Assembly (NCBI GenBank): GCA_963804645.1
Contig: CAWDRG010000004.1
Coordinates: 64,001-128,000 of the forward strand
From: an uncultured Bacillota bacterium
GTDB taxonomy: Bacteria > Sysuimicrobiota > Sysuimicrobiia > Sysuimicrobiales > Segetimicrobiaceae
Reading direction: 5' to 3'
Length of the DNA: 64,000 nt
The position numbers and the translations under genes are program-made. The notes beneath the pieces are model-generated. The model ran no database searches. It was not told the origin of the DNA and worked only from the letters and a program-made list of their open reading frames with translations. Below, piece after piece: positions 1 through 10,882 of this stretch (its first letter is position 1; each line of letters begins with the position of its first letter).

Positions 1-292
1 TCGTCGAAGCGAGCGGGCGGGCGTTGGGGGAGCCGTCCTTGGCCTAGAGTCCACTCCCGTCTGTAACGCGTGGAAGTGGGGCATTTGAGGTAGGAGGAGC
101 GAAACAAGGGTTCGTCGAACGCCGGAGAGTTTGGGCATGTCGCTGGTGTATGGACGCCGGGCGTAGTGCGTCGGTTGGCGCCGACACTGAAGACGGCCGG
201 AATCGGCAAGTTGTTGCGCGGCGAGGGACGCGATCCGCAACCGCGTGCTGGGTGGGACCACTCATTGGGGAACGACCTGGGGGTCAAGCTCC

Positions 293-2167
293 GTGAAACA
301 CACCGTAACGCTAAGAATGATCGCAGGCGCACTGCTCCTCGTGCTGGTGGTCGGCCTGGTGTGGACGCCGGCACCTGCGGCCGGCCCGCCGGCGGTTACC
401 AACATTTCCGTTTCTGAGTCGGGCGGGACGTCTCGAGCTCGGCATCCAGGCGACCGGACCGGTCGCGTACCGTAGTTTCACCCTCGGTGATCCCGATCGG
501 ATCGTGGTCGACGTCCATGATGCCACGGACGGGCTCCCCCGCGATGTCCTGTCGGTCAAGAAGGGGCCGGTCGACATGATCCGCGTCTCGCAGTTCACCG
601 ACCGGCCGCCGGTGGTGCGTGTGGTGTTCGTCCTCGTTCGGCCGGCCGCGGCCGACGTGTTGATGGCGGCTCCGTCGACCGTGATGGTCGCGTTCGGGGG
701 CCCGAGAGCCGACCGCCGCGGCGCCGTCGTCTACGCCCCCGGCCGTGCCTGCCGCGGGCGGGATCCCCGCGGCTGTGACCTCGGGCATTACGGCGACACC
801 CGCCCCCTCCCATGTGCCGCTTCGTGCCGTCAGCGCGGGCCCGCCCGGCATTGACGTGGTGCAGGGGCAGATCGGGACCAGTACCGGGCCGAGCGGCATC
901 CTGCTCAACTTGGACCTGCGCAACGCGTCGCTGCCGGACGTGATCGACGCGCTGGCGCGGCTGTGCGGCATCAACATCGTGACGGACAGTTCCATCGCCG
1001 GGCAGGTGACGATTCACCTGGTCGGCGTCACATGCGAGGAGACGCTGACGTTCCTGCTCGAGGCGAACTCACTCGGGTCGCGCCGGATCGGGGATACCCT
1101 GATCGTCGAGCCGGCGTCCAAGCTGGCGCCGCCGCCGGCGGGACCGATCGTGGTGGTGTATCGCCTGCAGTATCTGCAGCCCCCAGTCTCCAACGTGGAG
1201 CCGCTCGTGGGGTCGGTTGGCGCGACGTCCGCGGGAGGGTCCGGCGTCTCGGGAGGCGCGGGGCCGGTCCAGAAGAACGTCCAGGCGCTCGTGGCGCTGT
1301 TCCAAGGCACCGGCGCAGGCATCGGGTACGACGACCGGACGAACTCGCTGATCGTGACGGGGACGCCGGATCAGCAGGCCGCCGTCCAGGCGCTGCTCCG
1401 TCAACTCGATGTGCCGCTCAGTCAAGTCCTGGTCCAGACGCTGGTCGTCGACATCACGAGCCGATTCGATATCCGACCTCGGCGTGGAGTGGTCGCTCGT
1501 GTCTGGCAGCGTGTCGACGCCGTTTGAGTTCAGTGAAGTCTCGGCGCCTCCGGCCGGCTTCCTCGCGATCCAGCCAATCCTGCGGGACGCGCTGTTTGCG
1601 AAGATCCACTTGTTCATTCAGCAGGGACACGCCAAGGTGCTGAGCGATCCGCAGATCGCGACGTTCGACGGCCAAGAGGCCCTCATCTTCGCCGGCGACC
1701 AGATTCCGATCACGAACACGACGACTGCGGGGAACCCGCCGGTCACGTCAGAGACCATCACGTTTCAGCCGATCGGGGTGACGCTGAAGGTCGTGCCGAA
1801 GGTGAACGCGGATCGGACGATCAGCGTGTCGGTGCACCCGGTGGTGACCACCGCGACGTCATTTACGCCCCCGACCCCGACGAACCCGAACGGGCTGCCG
1901 AACATCTCGATCCGGGAAGCGGTGACCCAGCTGACGGTGGCGGACGGTGACACGATCGTCATCGGCGGCCTGATGAAATACTCGGACGTGAAGACGATGA
2001 CCAAATTGCCGTACTTCGGCGATCTGCCGTTCATCGGCGCGCTGTTCCGTCTCCAGAACACGTTGCACACGGAGACAGAAGTGATCATCATCATGACGCC
2101 GACCATTCTGGCCACCGCGACCCCGGCGCGCGCCCGCGGCGCCCCCGGCCCCGACCCGTCGCACTGA
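293..2167 (+). pseudogene. pilQ: Type IV pilus secretin PilQ (signal peptide + AMIN + N0/N3 + secretin domain), split by 3 frameshifts (~430, ~705, ~1460), possibly sequencing errors
   Basis: Four consecutive frames join: signal peptide MIAGALLLVLVVGLVWTPAPA; AMIN-like FTLGDPDRIVVDV...IRVSQF; N-domains LDLRNASLPDVIDALA and YDDRTNSLIVTGT; secretin core AKVLSDPQIATFDGQEALIFAGDQIP...IGVTLKVVP...DGDTIVIGGL...LPYFGDLPFIGALFR. Confidence 0.85.
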
Positions 2168-2270
2168 TGTTCCGGCGGGTCTCCGCGCGGCGCGGCAGCC
2201 GGGGATTGATCGTGTGGAATAGGATCGGAGAGCATCCACGCATTCGCCGCGACGGCCGCGCGGGGGCGTC

Positions 2271-3071
2271 GTGGAGCGACTGGTCGGCCTCGCCGCGCGG
2301 TGGTCCTCACGGCGGGCGCGGTCGGTCTCGCTCCCGCGGCTGCTTAGACCAGCGCCCACGACCTCGTCATGTCGGGGTGGCACGCATACCAGGCCGGAGC
2401 GCTGCCGCAGGCCAAAGAGGCGTTTCTCGACGCCGCCGAGGAGGCCCCGACGTGGGCGACCCCTGCGGTGTGGCTCGGTGCCGTGCTTGTCGCCCAGGGC
2501 GAGCGGACCGTGGCGGCACGGTGGTTCCAGTGTCCCACTCGCGCGCCATCCTACGATGGCGGAAGCTGGCTACGCGACCGAGTGGCTGGCGCGGCTCGGG
2601 ATCGCGGTGTCACGGCCGCGGTGGCAGGTCGGCACGCTCGAGGGGCTCACGGGGTTCGTGCACGCGACAAACCCGTCGTTGTCCGTCGATCAGGCGCGGT
2701 GGGTCGCGAATGCGATGCGTACCGCGGGGGCCCACGAGGGCGTCGAGGTCAACATCCTGGCCTCCGTCGTCTATATCGAGAGTCGGTTCAATCATCAATC
2801 GATCTCCTCGGCCGGGGCGATGGGGCTGGGGCAGCTCATGCCCGGCACCGCCGCCGGGTTGGGCGTCGATCCCCGGGACCCATGGGGAAACGTGGTCGGC
2901 GCCGCGCGGCTGCTGCACGAAGACATCACCGAGTTTCACAGCGTGCCGCTCGGGCTGGCCGCGTATAACGCGGGCAGCGGCGCGGTCGAGCGCTGGGGCG
3001 GCATTCCGCCGTACCCCGAGACGCAGTGGTATGTGTGGGCCGTGCTGTGGATCCGAGATGGGCTTGCGTGA
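2271..3071 (+). pseudogene. TPR-like + soluble lytic transglycosylase (SLT), disrupted (in-frame TAG 2345-2347, frameshifts near ~2297 and ~2530); start uncertain
   Basis: SLT motifs IESRFN, SSAGAMGLGQLMPGTA, LAAYNAG, GGIPPYPETQWYV. The signal-like VVLTAGAVGLAPAAA and TPR-like GWHAYQAGALPQAKEAF...WLGAVL lie in another frame. Confidence 0.8.
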
Positions 3072-3162
3072 CGGGCCCCGCGCTGACTGAGCGGCGGACC
3101 CCGTCACACGGGATGCACGTAATCCGGTCTCGGCGCGCCTCGAGGACGTAGCCGAGCCGCCG

Positions 3163-4745
3163 ATGGCGAGTTCGCCGCTCGCGCATCCGGGCGTGGCGGC
3201 TGTCCCGAAGCGGGGCCCGCTCGCCGAGGCGCCGATCGCCCGATGGGAGTTCTACTCCCTGCTGGGGGTATGTGTCCTGGCGCTCGGCATCCGGGCGCAG
3301 CTTCTCGGGATTCGTCCGCTGTGGTATGACGAAGCGTTCAGCCTGAGCGTCGCGCGGCGCAATGTCTCCGATATCTGGGCCTATGTCGGCGCCGTCGACA
3401 CGCATCCGGTCGGGTATTACGCGCTGCTGCACGTCTGGATCCGGTGGTTCGGGACCAGTCTCTCGGCGATGCGCGCGCCGTCGATGATCCTGGGCATGGG
3501 CGCGGTCGCGCTGACGTGGTTTGTCGGACGGCGGCTGTTTTCTCCGGCGGTCGGCGTCGTCGCGGCCGGGCTCGTCGCGCTGCACCCGTATCAAATCTTC
3601 AGCAGCAACGAGATGCGGATGTACCCGCTCCTGACGGTGCTCTCGCTCATCTCCACGTGGCTGGTCTCGCGCGCCGTCGAGGTGCCGGGCGACCTGCGGC
3701 GATGGGTCGCCTACGGGATCGGCACGGCGCTGCTCGCGTACACGAGCTACTACGCAATCCTGCTGGTGGCCGCGCAGGTGCTGTGGATCCTGCTGTCGCT
3801 GCCGCGCCGGCAGGGGGTCGCCCGGCTGGCGCTCGCCGGTGGCGTCGCGCTCGCCTGCTATCTTCCGTGGTTTCCGGCCGTCATGGCGCTCGGTGGCCGG
3901 CTGCCGTGGGCCTGGCGGGTGCCGCCGGACGTGTACTATGTGGCCAGCCTGATGACGTCCCAGACCTTCGGCACGTACCTGTTCAACACGGGTACCTATT
4001 TCACGATCGGCCATCTGCCGCTCGTCGACTACCCGCTGCTGACCGTTCCGTTCGCGGCGCTGCTCGGGTTCGGTGTCATCGCGCTCCACCGGGCCAACCG
4101 GTGGGGCGGGGGGCTCGTCGCGGCGTCCTGGCTCGTGCCGCTCGCGCTGGTGCTGGTCGTGTCGTACGCGATGCACCTCCAGTTTGCGTTCCCCCGACAT
4201 CTCGTGTTCATCGAGCCGTTCGCCGCGCTGCTGCTGGCGGGCGCGGTCGTGCACGCGGGCGACGCGTTCTCCGGGCGTGCGCGGGCGCTGGCGTCGCTGA
4301 TCGCCGCGTGTCTCATCCTGACATACGTGATCCCTGCGGTCGCGAACGTCCAGGACCGGCAGATGATGGACTTTCGGTGGGATCTCGCGGCCAAGTACCT
4401 GCAGGTGGAGAGCCGGCCGCAGGATGCGACGGTGTACCTGCCCGCCTCGATGGCCCTGCCGCTCACGTACTATCCCAGCCCCTCGGGGCCAGCGCGTACG
4501 TGCCGCTGTCGTCGTTCCACTGGACCGAGCGCGGGGCGGCTCCGGCGGTGCAGGCGGCGATCGAGACCCTGACCGCGCGCGCCTACCCGAGGATCTGGTT
4601 CGTGTTCAGCGACCCGTGGCCAACCGGCACGGTCGAGGCGGTTGCCGCCGGGCTGGGGCGCGCGGGCTATCGGGCGGGGCCCGTCCAGGATTTTCGCCGC
4701 TTGTGGGTCGCCGTGTTTTTCCGCGGCGCCGCGCCGGCGCGGTAA
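3163..4745 (+). pseudogene. GT-C fold membrane glycosyltransferase (PMT/GT39-like), copy 1, one frameshift near 4480
   Basis: RPLWYDEAFSL and HPVGYYALL motifs, many TM helices. The C-terminus RIWFVFSDPWP...FRRLWVAVF is in the next frame and aligns with the intact paralog at 29029-30681. Confidence 0.8.
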
Positions 4746-4759
4746 GGGCGCCGGGACGG

Positions 4760-5527
4760 TCACCGGCACGCGGCTGCAGCGCGCTGGCGCTCTGTGCGAG
4801 CCCCGTGTCCGGACGGGTGCGGTAGTACCACGTCCAGATCCCGATGACCACGTTCGCGTCGTTGAGGACCGGGGACCCGCTGTTGCCGGGCTGCGGCGCG
4901 CCCTGAAACTGCACCTCAAACAGGTTGGTTCGGTCCGGCGCCAGGCGCGGCTGCAGCGCTTCGCCGACGGCCGTCCACTCCGAGGCGATCGGCGAGAGAT
5001 GCCCGAACCCCGTGACGCGGACGTGCCCGCCCGGCGTGGGGCCCCCGCCGACCATGAGCGCCGCAAATGCGGGCAGCGCGCCGCGGTGCGCCGTCCCCGC
5101 GGTCAGGAACTCACCTCCCGGGAAGCGATAGCCCCAGGTCGTGAAGCGGAACGTCGATGGGCCGAGCTTGATTTCGGCGACGTCGCGGCCGAGCGGGACC
5201 CCGGTGAGCGGCGGCGGCTGTGTCGGGTCGTACGGGAGGGCCGACGCGCACACGACGCTGGCCGAGTAGAACTCCTGTCCCACGAGCGCCAGCAGCTGAT
5301 AGCGGTCCGGGTGCTGCGCGGAGGGATATACGACGTGGCTGGTCGTGACCGCCGTGCCGTCCGGGGCGACGAAGAACGCGCTGCCCGCGATGCCGGGTCG
5401 CGACGTCGCGGTCTCCACGTTGATCACTTGGAACACGCTGGCGCCCCGGGTCAAGCGGCTGCGCGCGCGCCGCGAGACTGAGCGCGAGCACCAGCCCGGC
5501 GACGAGCGGCCCGCGGACGCACGTCAC
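4760..5527 (-). pseudogene. Secreted trypsin-like serine protease; frameshift between signal peptide and catalytic domain, C-terminal end uncertain
   Basis: Catalytic triad motifs VTTSHVV, RDVA, PGNSGSPVLN; signal peptide LVAGLVLALSLAARA in the adjacent frame. Confidence 0.7.
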
Positions 5528-5766
5528 CGCGCGCGCCGCGCGGGCGCGGCGCCCGGCCTGCCGCCGCGCACCCGGATCTCTGCCCAGCTCTGCGTGCGTC
5601 GTCGCGATCACCCCCGATGGTGCGTCGCTCGGTTCTCACCGCACGGCCGGGCGTTCCTGCGCCGGGCGGTGCACCGCGTGGACCGTTCCAGTCCACCCCG
5701 CGTGCGCACCGGCGGCGGTCCGCCGCGCAGGAAAGACACGGCGCGGAGGAGTAGTGGGTCTACCCG

Positions 5767-6459
5767 ATGAGTACCGACGGCCCACGTATCTTGGTCGTGG
5801 ACGATGAGTTGGCGATCCGGCGCTTCCTCCGCGTCTCGTTGACCGCGCACGGCTACCGTGTGTTCGAAGCGCAGCGCGGCCAGGAGGCGCTCGAGACGGC
5901 GGCGGGTCTGCGACCGGACTTGATCATCCTCGATCTGAGCCTGCCCGACGTCGACGGCATCGAGGTGACCCGCCAGCTCCGCGAGTGGTCCAAGACGCCG
6001 ATCGTGATCTTGTCCGTGCGCGGCCAGGACGACGACAAGATCGCGGCGCTCGACGCGGGGGCCGACGATTACCTGACGAAGCCGTTCAGCACCGGCGAGC
6101 TCCTCGCGCGGATCCGCGTGGGGCTGCGCCACGCCGCCGCGCCCGCCGACGACGCGGTCATCACGGCGGGCGATTTGGTCGTGGACGTGGCGCACCGCGC
6201 CGTGACCGTCGGCGGCCGGCCGGTCTCGCTCACCCCGATCGAGTACTCGCTGCTCCGCGCGCTGGCGCTGCACGCCGGGAAGGTGCTGATCCACCGGCAC
6301 CTGATGCAGGAGGTCTGGGGGCCCGGCTACGACCCGGACACGAACCTGCTGCGCGTGAACATCAGCAAGCTCCGCCACAAGATCGAACCCGATCCGGCCC
6401 GGCCCCGCTATATCCTGACCGAGCCCGGGGTCGGCTACCGGCTGCGTGTGGCGAGTTGA
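5767..6459 (+). CDS. kdpE: OmpR-family response regulator KdpE
   Basis: ILVVDDE, PDLIILDLSLPD, GADDYLTKPF, IEPDPARPRYILTEPGVGYR; adjacent to kdpD. Confidence 0.9.
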   Translation: MSTDGPRILVVDDELAIRRFLRVSLTAHGYRVFEAQRGQEALETAAGLRPDLIILDLSLPDVDGIEVTRQLREWSKTPIVILSVRGQDDDKIAALDAGADDYLTKPFSTGELLARIRVGLRHAAAPADDAVITAGDLVVDVAHRAVTVGGRPVSLTPIEYSLLRALALHAGKVLIHRHLMQEVWGPGYDPDTNLLRVNISKLRHKIEPDPARPRYILTEPGVGYRLRVAS

Positions 6460-6477
6460 CGGGGTGCGCGCGCGTGA

Positions 6478-9213
6478 ATGCGTGCCCTCGGGAGCGGGGT
6501 AGGCGTGGCGCGCGTCCTCGAGCCTGAGCGGCCCCGCCCCGAGGCGCTGCTGGAGCAGGCGGAGACGGAGGAGCGCCACCGCCGCCACGGCAAGCTGAAG
6601 GTGTTTCTCGGCTACGCGGCCGGCGTGGGCAAGACCTACGCGATGCTGGAGGCGGCGCGTGTGCAGCTGGCGCACGGCCGCCGCGTGATGCTGGCCTACG
6701 TCGAGACCCACGGGCGGGCGGAGACCGAGGCCCTGCTCCAGGGCCTCGAGGTGCTGCCGCGCCGGCGCGTCGAGTACCGCGGCGTCGTGTTGGAGGAGCT
6801 CGACCTGGACGCCGCGCTCGCCGCGTCCCCGGAGCTCGCGATCGTCGACGAGCTGGCCCACACGAACGCGCCCGGCTCGCGGCATCCCAAGCGGTACCAG
6901 GATGTCGAGGAGATCCTGGCGGCCGGGATCGACGTCTATACGACCCTCAACGTGCAGCACATCGAGAGCCTGAACGACGTCGTCGCACAGATCACCGGCG
7001 TCACGGTGCGCGAGACGGTGCCCGACCGGATCGTGGAAACGGCCGACGAGGTGGAGCTCGTCGACGTCTCACCGGACGAGTTGATGCAGCGCCTGCGGGA
7101 GGGCAAGGTGTACGTGCCCGAGCAGGCGACCCAGGCGGTGCAGAAGTTTTTCCGCCCGGGGAACCTGACGGCGCTGCGCGAGATCGCCCTCCGCTATCTC
7201 GCCGGCCGGGTCGACCATGCGATGCGGGCGTATATGGGCGCCCACGCGATCTCCGGGCCGTGGCCGGCGGGGGAGCGCGTCCTCGTCTGCATCGACGACA
7301 GCCCGATCGGCGAGCGGCTGGTGCGCGCGGGCCGGCGCCTCGCGTCCGGGCTCGACGCGGAGCTGATCGTCCTCCACGTGGAGACGAGCAGGGACGCCGC
7401 GCTCTCGGAGCCGGCGCTCGACCGGATCGCGCGGACGCTGCGCCTCGCCGAGGAGCTCGGCGCGCGGACGGTGACGCTGCCCGGCTCCGACCCCGCCGAG
7501 GAGATTCTCCGGTACGCGCGGGCCCAAAATGTCAGCAAGATCCTTGTCGGGGTCTCGCACCGGCCCACCTGGTATCGATGGTTTCGGGGCTCGGCCGCCC
7601 GCCGGATCCTCGCGGGGAGCGGCGCCATGGACGTGTACGTCGTCGGCGGGTCGGTGGATGCCCCGGCGCCCGCGCGGCCGATGCGCGTCCGGACGGCTCC
7701 GCGCGCGCCGTATCTCTACAGTCTCGTGATCGTCGGTCTGGTGACGATCGGCTGCGTGCTGGTGCGGCCGTTCATCGCGCCGGCGAATCTCACCATGCTC
7801 TACCTGCTCGCGGTCGTGGCGGTGGCGGTGCAGTGGGGCACGGGGCCCGCGGTCGTCGCCGCGACGCTGGGCGTGCTGGCGTACGATTTCTTCGTGGTGC
7901 CCCCGCGGCTGTCGTTCGATGTGACCGACACGCAGTATCTCTTGACGTTCGCGGCGCTCCTCCTGGTCGGGGTGGTGATCAGCAACCTCGCCGGGCGGGT
8001 CCGGGAGCAGGCGCAGGCGGTGCGCCGACGCGAGGCCTACACGACGATGCTCTACGCGCTGAGCAACGATCTGGCCGCGGCCCGGGACGTGCCGAGCATC
8101 GTGGACGCGGTCGCGCGGCAGATGGCGGCGACATTTGATCGGGACATTACCGTGCTGCTGCCGTCCGGGGAAACGCTCCGGCCGGCGTTTGTGGCGCCGG
8201 GCTTTCCGCTCGATCCGAACGAGCTGGCGGTCGCCACCTATGCGTTCCGGCACGGGGAGCCGGCGGGGTACGGCACCGACACGCTGCCCGGGGCGCGCGG
8301 ACGCTACCTGCCGCTCAAGACCGCTCAGGGCGTCGTCGGCGTGCTGGGCATCCGGCGGCCGCCGGACACCGATGAGCCCCTGACGCCCGAGCAGCGCCGG
8401 CTGGTGCAGGCGTTTGCCAACCAGGTGGCGCTCGCGATTGAGCGCGCGAACCTGGCCGACGTGTCCCGGCGCCTCGATCTATCGCGCGAGACCGAGAAGC
8501 TGCAGTCGGCGCTGCTGAACTCGATCTCCCACGATCTGCGCACCCCGCTCGCGTCGATCACGGGGGCGTTGAGCAGCGTGCTCGACGCGGACGCGGTGCT
8601 CGACGCGCCGACGCGGCGGGAACTGCTCGAGGCGGCCCGCGAGCAGGCCGACTATCTGAATCGGTTGGTCGGGAACCTGCTCGAGATGACGCGGCTCGGC
8701 GGCGGGGCGGTCAAGCTGCGGCTCGAGCGGGTGGACATCGAGGATCTCGTCGGCGCCGTTCTGACGCAGATGGGGGACGCCCTGGACGGACGGGACGTGC
8801 GGATCGTCGTCGAGCCGAACCTTCCGCAGATTCCGATGGATTTCGTGCTGATGATTCAGGCGCTGCTGACCATCGTCGACAACGCGGTCCGGTACACGCC
8901 GCCGAACACGCCCATCGACGTGCGCGCGTGGTATGAGGAGGGCGAGGTCCGGATCCAGATCGGGGATCGCGGGCCCGGGGTCCCGCCGAACGAGGTCGAC
9001 CGCATCTTCGACAAGTTCCACCGGATCCGCCGGCCCGGTGATGCCGGCGGGGTGGGCCTGGGGCTGACGATCGCGGCCGGCATCGTCGAGCTGCACGGCG
9101 GCCGGATTCTCGCGGAAAACCGGCCGGGGGGTGGGCTGGCGGTGACGGTGGTGCTGCCGCAGACCGCGCCGCGCCGGTCCTCGGAGGCGGACGCCGCCGC
9201 GGCGGGCGGCTGA
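6478..9213 (+). CDS. kdpD: Sensor histidine kinase KdpD (alternative start GTG 6505)
   Basis: GKLKVFLGYAAGVGKTYAML, VDELAHTN, RHPKRYQDV, Usp domain, 4 TM, GAF, SISHDLRTPL H-box, HATPase. Confidence 0.95.
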   Translation: MRALGSGVGVARVLEPERPRPEALLEQAETEERHRRHGKLKVFLGYAAGVGKTYAMLEAARVQLAHGRRVMLAYVETHGRAETEALLQGLEVLPRRRVEYRGVVLEELDLDAALAASPELAIVDELAHTNAPGSRHPKRYQDVEEILAAGIDVYTTLNVQHIESLNDVVAQITGVTVRETVPDRIVETADEVELVDVSPDELMQRLREGKVYVPEQATQAVQKFFRPGNLTALREIALRYLAGRVDHAMRAYMGAHAISGPWPAGERVLVCIDDSPIGERLVRAGRRLASGLDAELIVLHVETSRDAALSEPALDRIARTLRLAEELGARTVTLPGSDPAEEILRYARAQNVSKILVGVSHRPTWYRWFRGSAARRILAGSGAMDVYVVGGSVDAPAPARPMRVRTAPRAPYLYSLVIVGLVTIGCVLVRPFIAPANLTMLYLLAVVAVAVQWGTGPAVVAATLGVLAYDFFVVPPRLSFDVTDTQYLLTFAALLLVGVVISNLAGRVREQAQAVRRREAYTTMLYALSNDLAAARDVPSIVDAVARQMAATFDRDITVLLPSGETLRPAFVAPGFPLDPNELAVATYAFRHGEPAGYGTDTLPGARGRYLPLKTAQGVVGVLGIRRPPDTDEPLTPEQRRLVQAFANQVALAIERANLADVSRRLDLSRETEKLQSALLNSISHDLRTPLASITGALSSVLDADAVLDAPTRRELLEAAREQADYLNRLVGNLLEMTRLGGGAVKLRLERVDIEDLVGAVLTQMGDALDGRDVRIVVEPNLPQIPMDFVLMIQALLTIVDNAVRYTPPNTPIDVRAWYEEGEVRIQIGDRGPGVPPNEVDRIFDKFHRIRRPGDAGGVGLGLTIAAGIVELHGGRILAENRPGGGLAVTVVLPQTAPRRSSEADAAAAGG

Positions 9214-9226
9214 GGGCGGGGGACTG

Positions 9227-9652
9227 TCAGGATGCCGCGCGCTGGCAGGCGCGGCACAGGCCGAGCAGGTCGACGCGATGTCCCTTCACGAGAAATCCGC
9301 TGGCGCCGAGGCGCGCGCCGGTGAGGGACTCCAGGACGCAATCGGAGAGCGCCTCGACCGCGCCGCACCGTTCGCAGATCAGGTGGTCGTGGTGCCGGTC
9401 GGCGAGCCCGAAGTGCGCCGCGCCCCGCAGGTCCATCTGCTCGACCACCCCGGCGGTCCGCAGCCGCTCGAGGATGCGGTAGACGGTCACAAGCCCGAGC
9501 CCCCGGGTCCGCCGGTGCGCGCGCTCCCAGATGTCCTGGCACGTGGCGAGGTGTGAGCCGGCCGCGAGGGCCTCCAGAATCGCCACGCGCTGCGGGGTCA
9601 CCCGCAGCTTCGCGCGGCGCAGCACGTCCGTATATCGATCCTTGGCGGTCAT
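9227..9652 (-). CDS. Fur-family transcriptional regulator (Zur/PerR/Fur-like)
   Basis: LRVTPQRVAIL, GLVTVYRIL, HHDHLICERCG, GLCRAC. Confidence 0.9.
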   Translation of the reverse strand: MTAKDRYTDVLRRAKLRVTPQRVAILEALAAGSHLATCQDIWERAHRRTRGLGLVTVYRILERLRTAGVVEQMDLRGAAHFGLADRHHDHLICERCGAVEALSDCVLESLTGARLGASGFLVKGHRVDLLGLCRACQRAAS

Positions 9653-9750
9653 GCAGGCGGCTCCGTGGGCCCGTCGTCTGGTTCGTCGATCCGCCGGTCC
9701 CCCAGGGCGTCCGGTCGGCGCCGGGGGCGGGGGCAGGGCGGAGTCGGACG

Positions 9751-10134
9751 CTATCCGGCCGGCACCGCGCTGCGTCGAATGGCCTCCACGATTTCCGACA
9801 CCGGCTGATCCTTGATCAGGAGCCCCTGCAGGCCGCGTTCGCCGACTTTCGCCACGTCCAGCGCGCCGGCGTAGGCCGTCAGGATGAAGATCTTCGTCCC
9901 GGGGACGTCCCGCATGATTGCGCCGGCGGCCGAGAAGCCGTCGAGCCCGGCCATGCGAAAGTCCATGAGCATCACGTCCGGCCGCAGCGACCGCGCGAGC
10001 TGCACGCCTTCGCGGCCGCTCGCGGCCTCCCCGATGACCTCGATCCCGGGCTGAAGGCGGAGCGCCTTGACCAGGCGGGTCCGGTACTCCGTGTTGTCGT
10101 CGACCAGGAGCACTCGAATCGTCTCGCCTACCAT
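9751..10134 (-). CDS. Stand-alone receiver-domain response regulator
   Basis: IRVLLVDDN, PDVMLMDFRMAGLDG, ILTAY, LIK; no output domain. Confidence 0.85.
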   Translation of the reverse strand: MVGETIRVLLVDDNTEYRTRLVKALRLQPGIEVIGEAASGREGVQLARSLRPDVMLMDFRMAGLDGFSAAGAIMRDVPGTKIFILTAYAGALDVAKVGERGLQGLLIKDQPVSEIVEAIRRSAVPAG

Positions 10135-10195
10135 CGGTCCGCTCCCGTCTCGGCGTCCGGGCCGGACGAAACCCCCGGGTGGCCGTGGAAAGGCA

Positions 10196-10882
10196 TCATC
10201 GCGCTGTTCCGCCCGACGGCGGCACGAGCCCCGACTTCAGGGCGTAGACGGCCGCCTGCGTTCGGCTGTTGACCTGGAGCTTCTCCATGATGTTGCTCAG
10301 ATGGTTCTTGACCGTGCGCTCGCTGATGCCCAGGTTGGCCGCGATCTCTTTGTTGGCCAGTCCCGCGGCGACGTGCTGGAGGATCTCGACCTCCCGCTGC
10401 GTCAGCGGGGTGACGAGGGGCACGACCTCCTTGATGTCTTCCGTCGCGCGGGCGAACTCTTTGAAGATCTTCGCGGCCATCGCCGGCGCGATCAGGCCTT
10501 CGCCCTCCGCCACCACCCGCACGGCGCGCAGCAGTTCCTCGGGCGACGAGTCCTTCAGCAGATAGCCCATCGCCCCCGCTTTGATCGCCTCGAACAGAAA
10601 CTCCTCGTTCGTGAACACGGTGAGGATGATCACCCGGCTCCGGGGGCTCGTGGTCTTGATGACGCGGGCGACCTCGATCCCGGACGGGCCGGGCATCGAC
10701 ACGTCGAGGAGCACGATGTCCGGGGCCAGCTCTTCCACGAGGCGCAGCGCCTCGTGCCCCGACGACGCCTCCCCGACGACCTGGAGCTCGGGCGCCGCGT
10801 CGAGCAGCCGTCGCACGCCCTGGCGGAACAGCGCGTGGTCGTCCGCGATCAGAATCCGAATCGGTGGCGGTGCGTCAGCCAT
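10196..10882 (-). CDS. NarL/LuxR-family DNA-binding response regulator
   Basis: IRILIADDH, PDIVLLDVSMP, GYLLK, LTQREVEIL...GLANKEIA...TVKNHLSNIMEKL...RTQAA. Confidence 0.93.
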   Translation of the reverse strand: MADAPPPIRILIADDHALFRQGVRRLLDAAPELQVVGEASSGHEALRLVEELAPDIVLLDVSMPGPSGIEVARVIKTTSPRSRVIILTVFTNEEFLFEAIKAGAMGYLLKDSSPEELLRAVRVVAEGEGLIAPAMAAKIFKEFARATEDIKEVVPLVTPLTQREVEILQHVAAGLANKEIAANLGISERTVKNHLSNIMEKLQVNSRTQAAVYALKSGLVPPSGGTAR

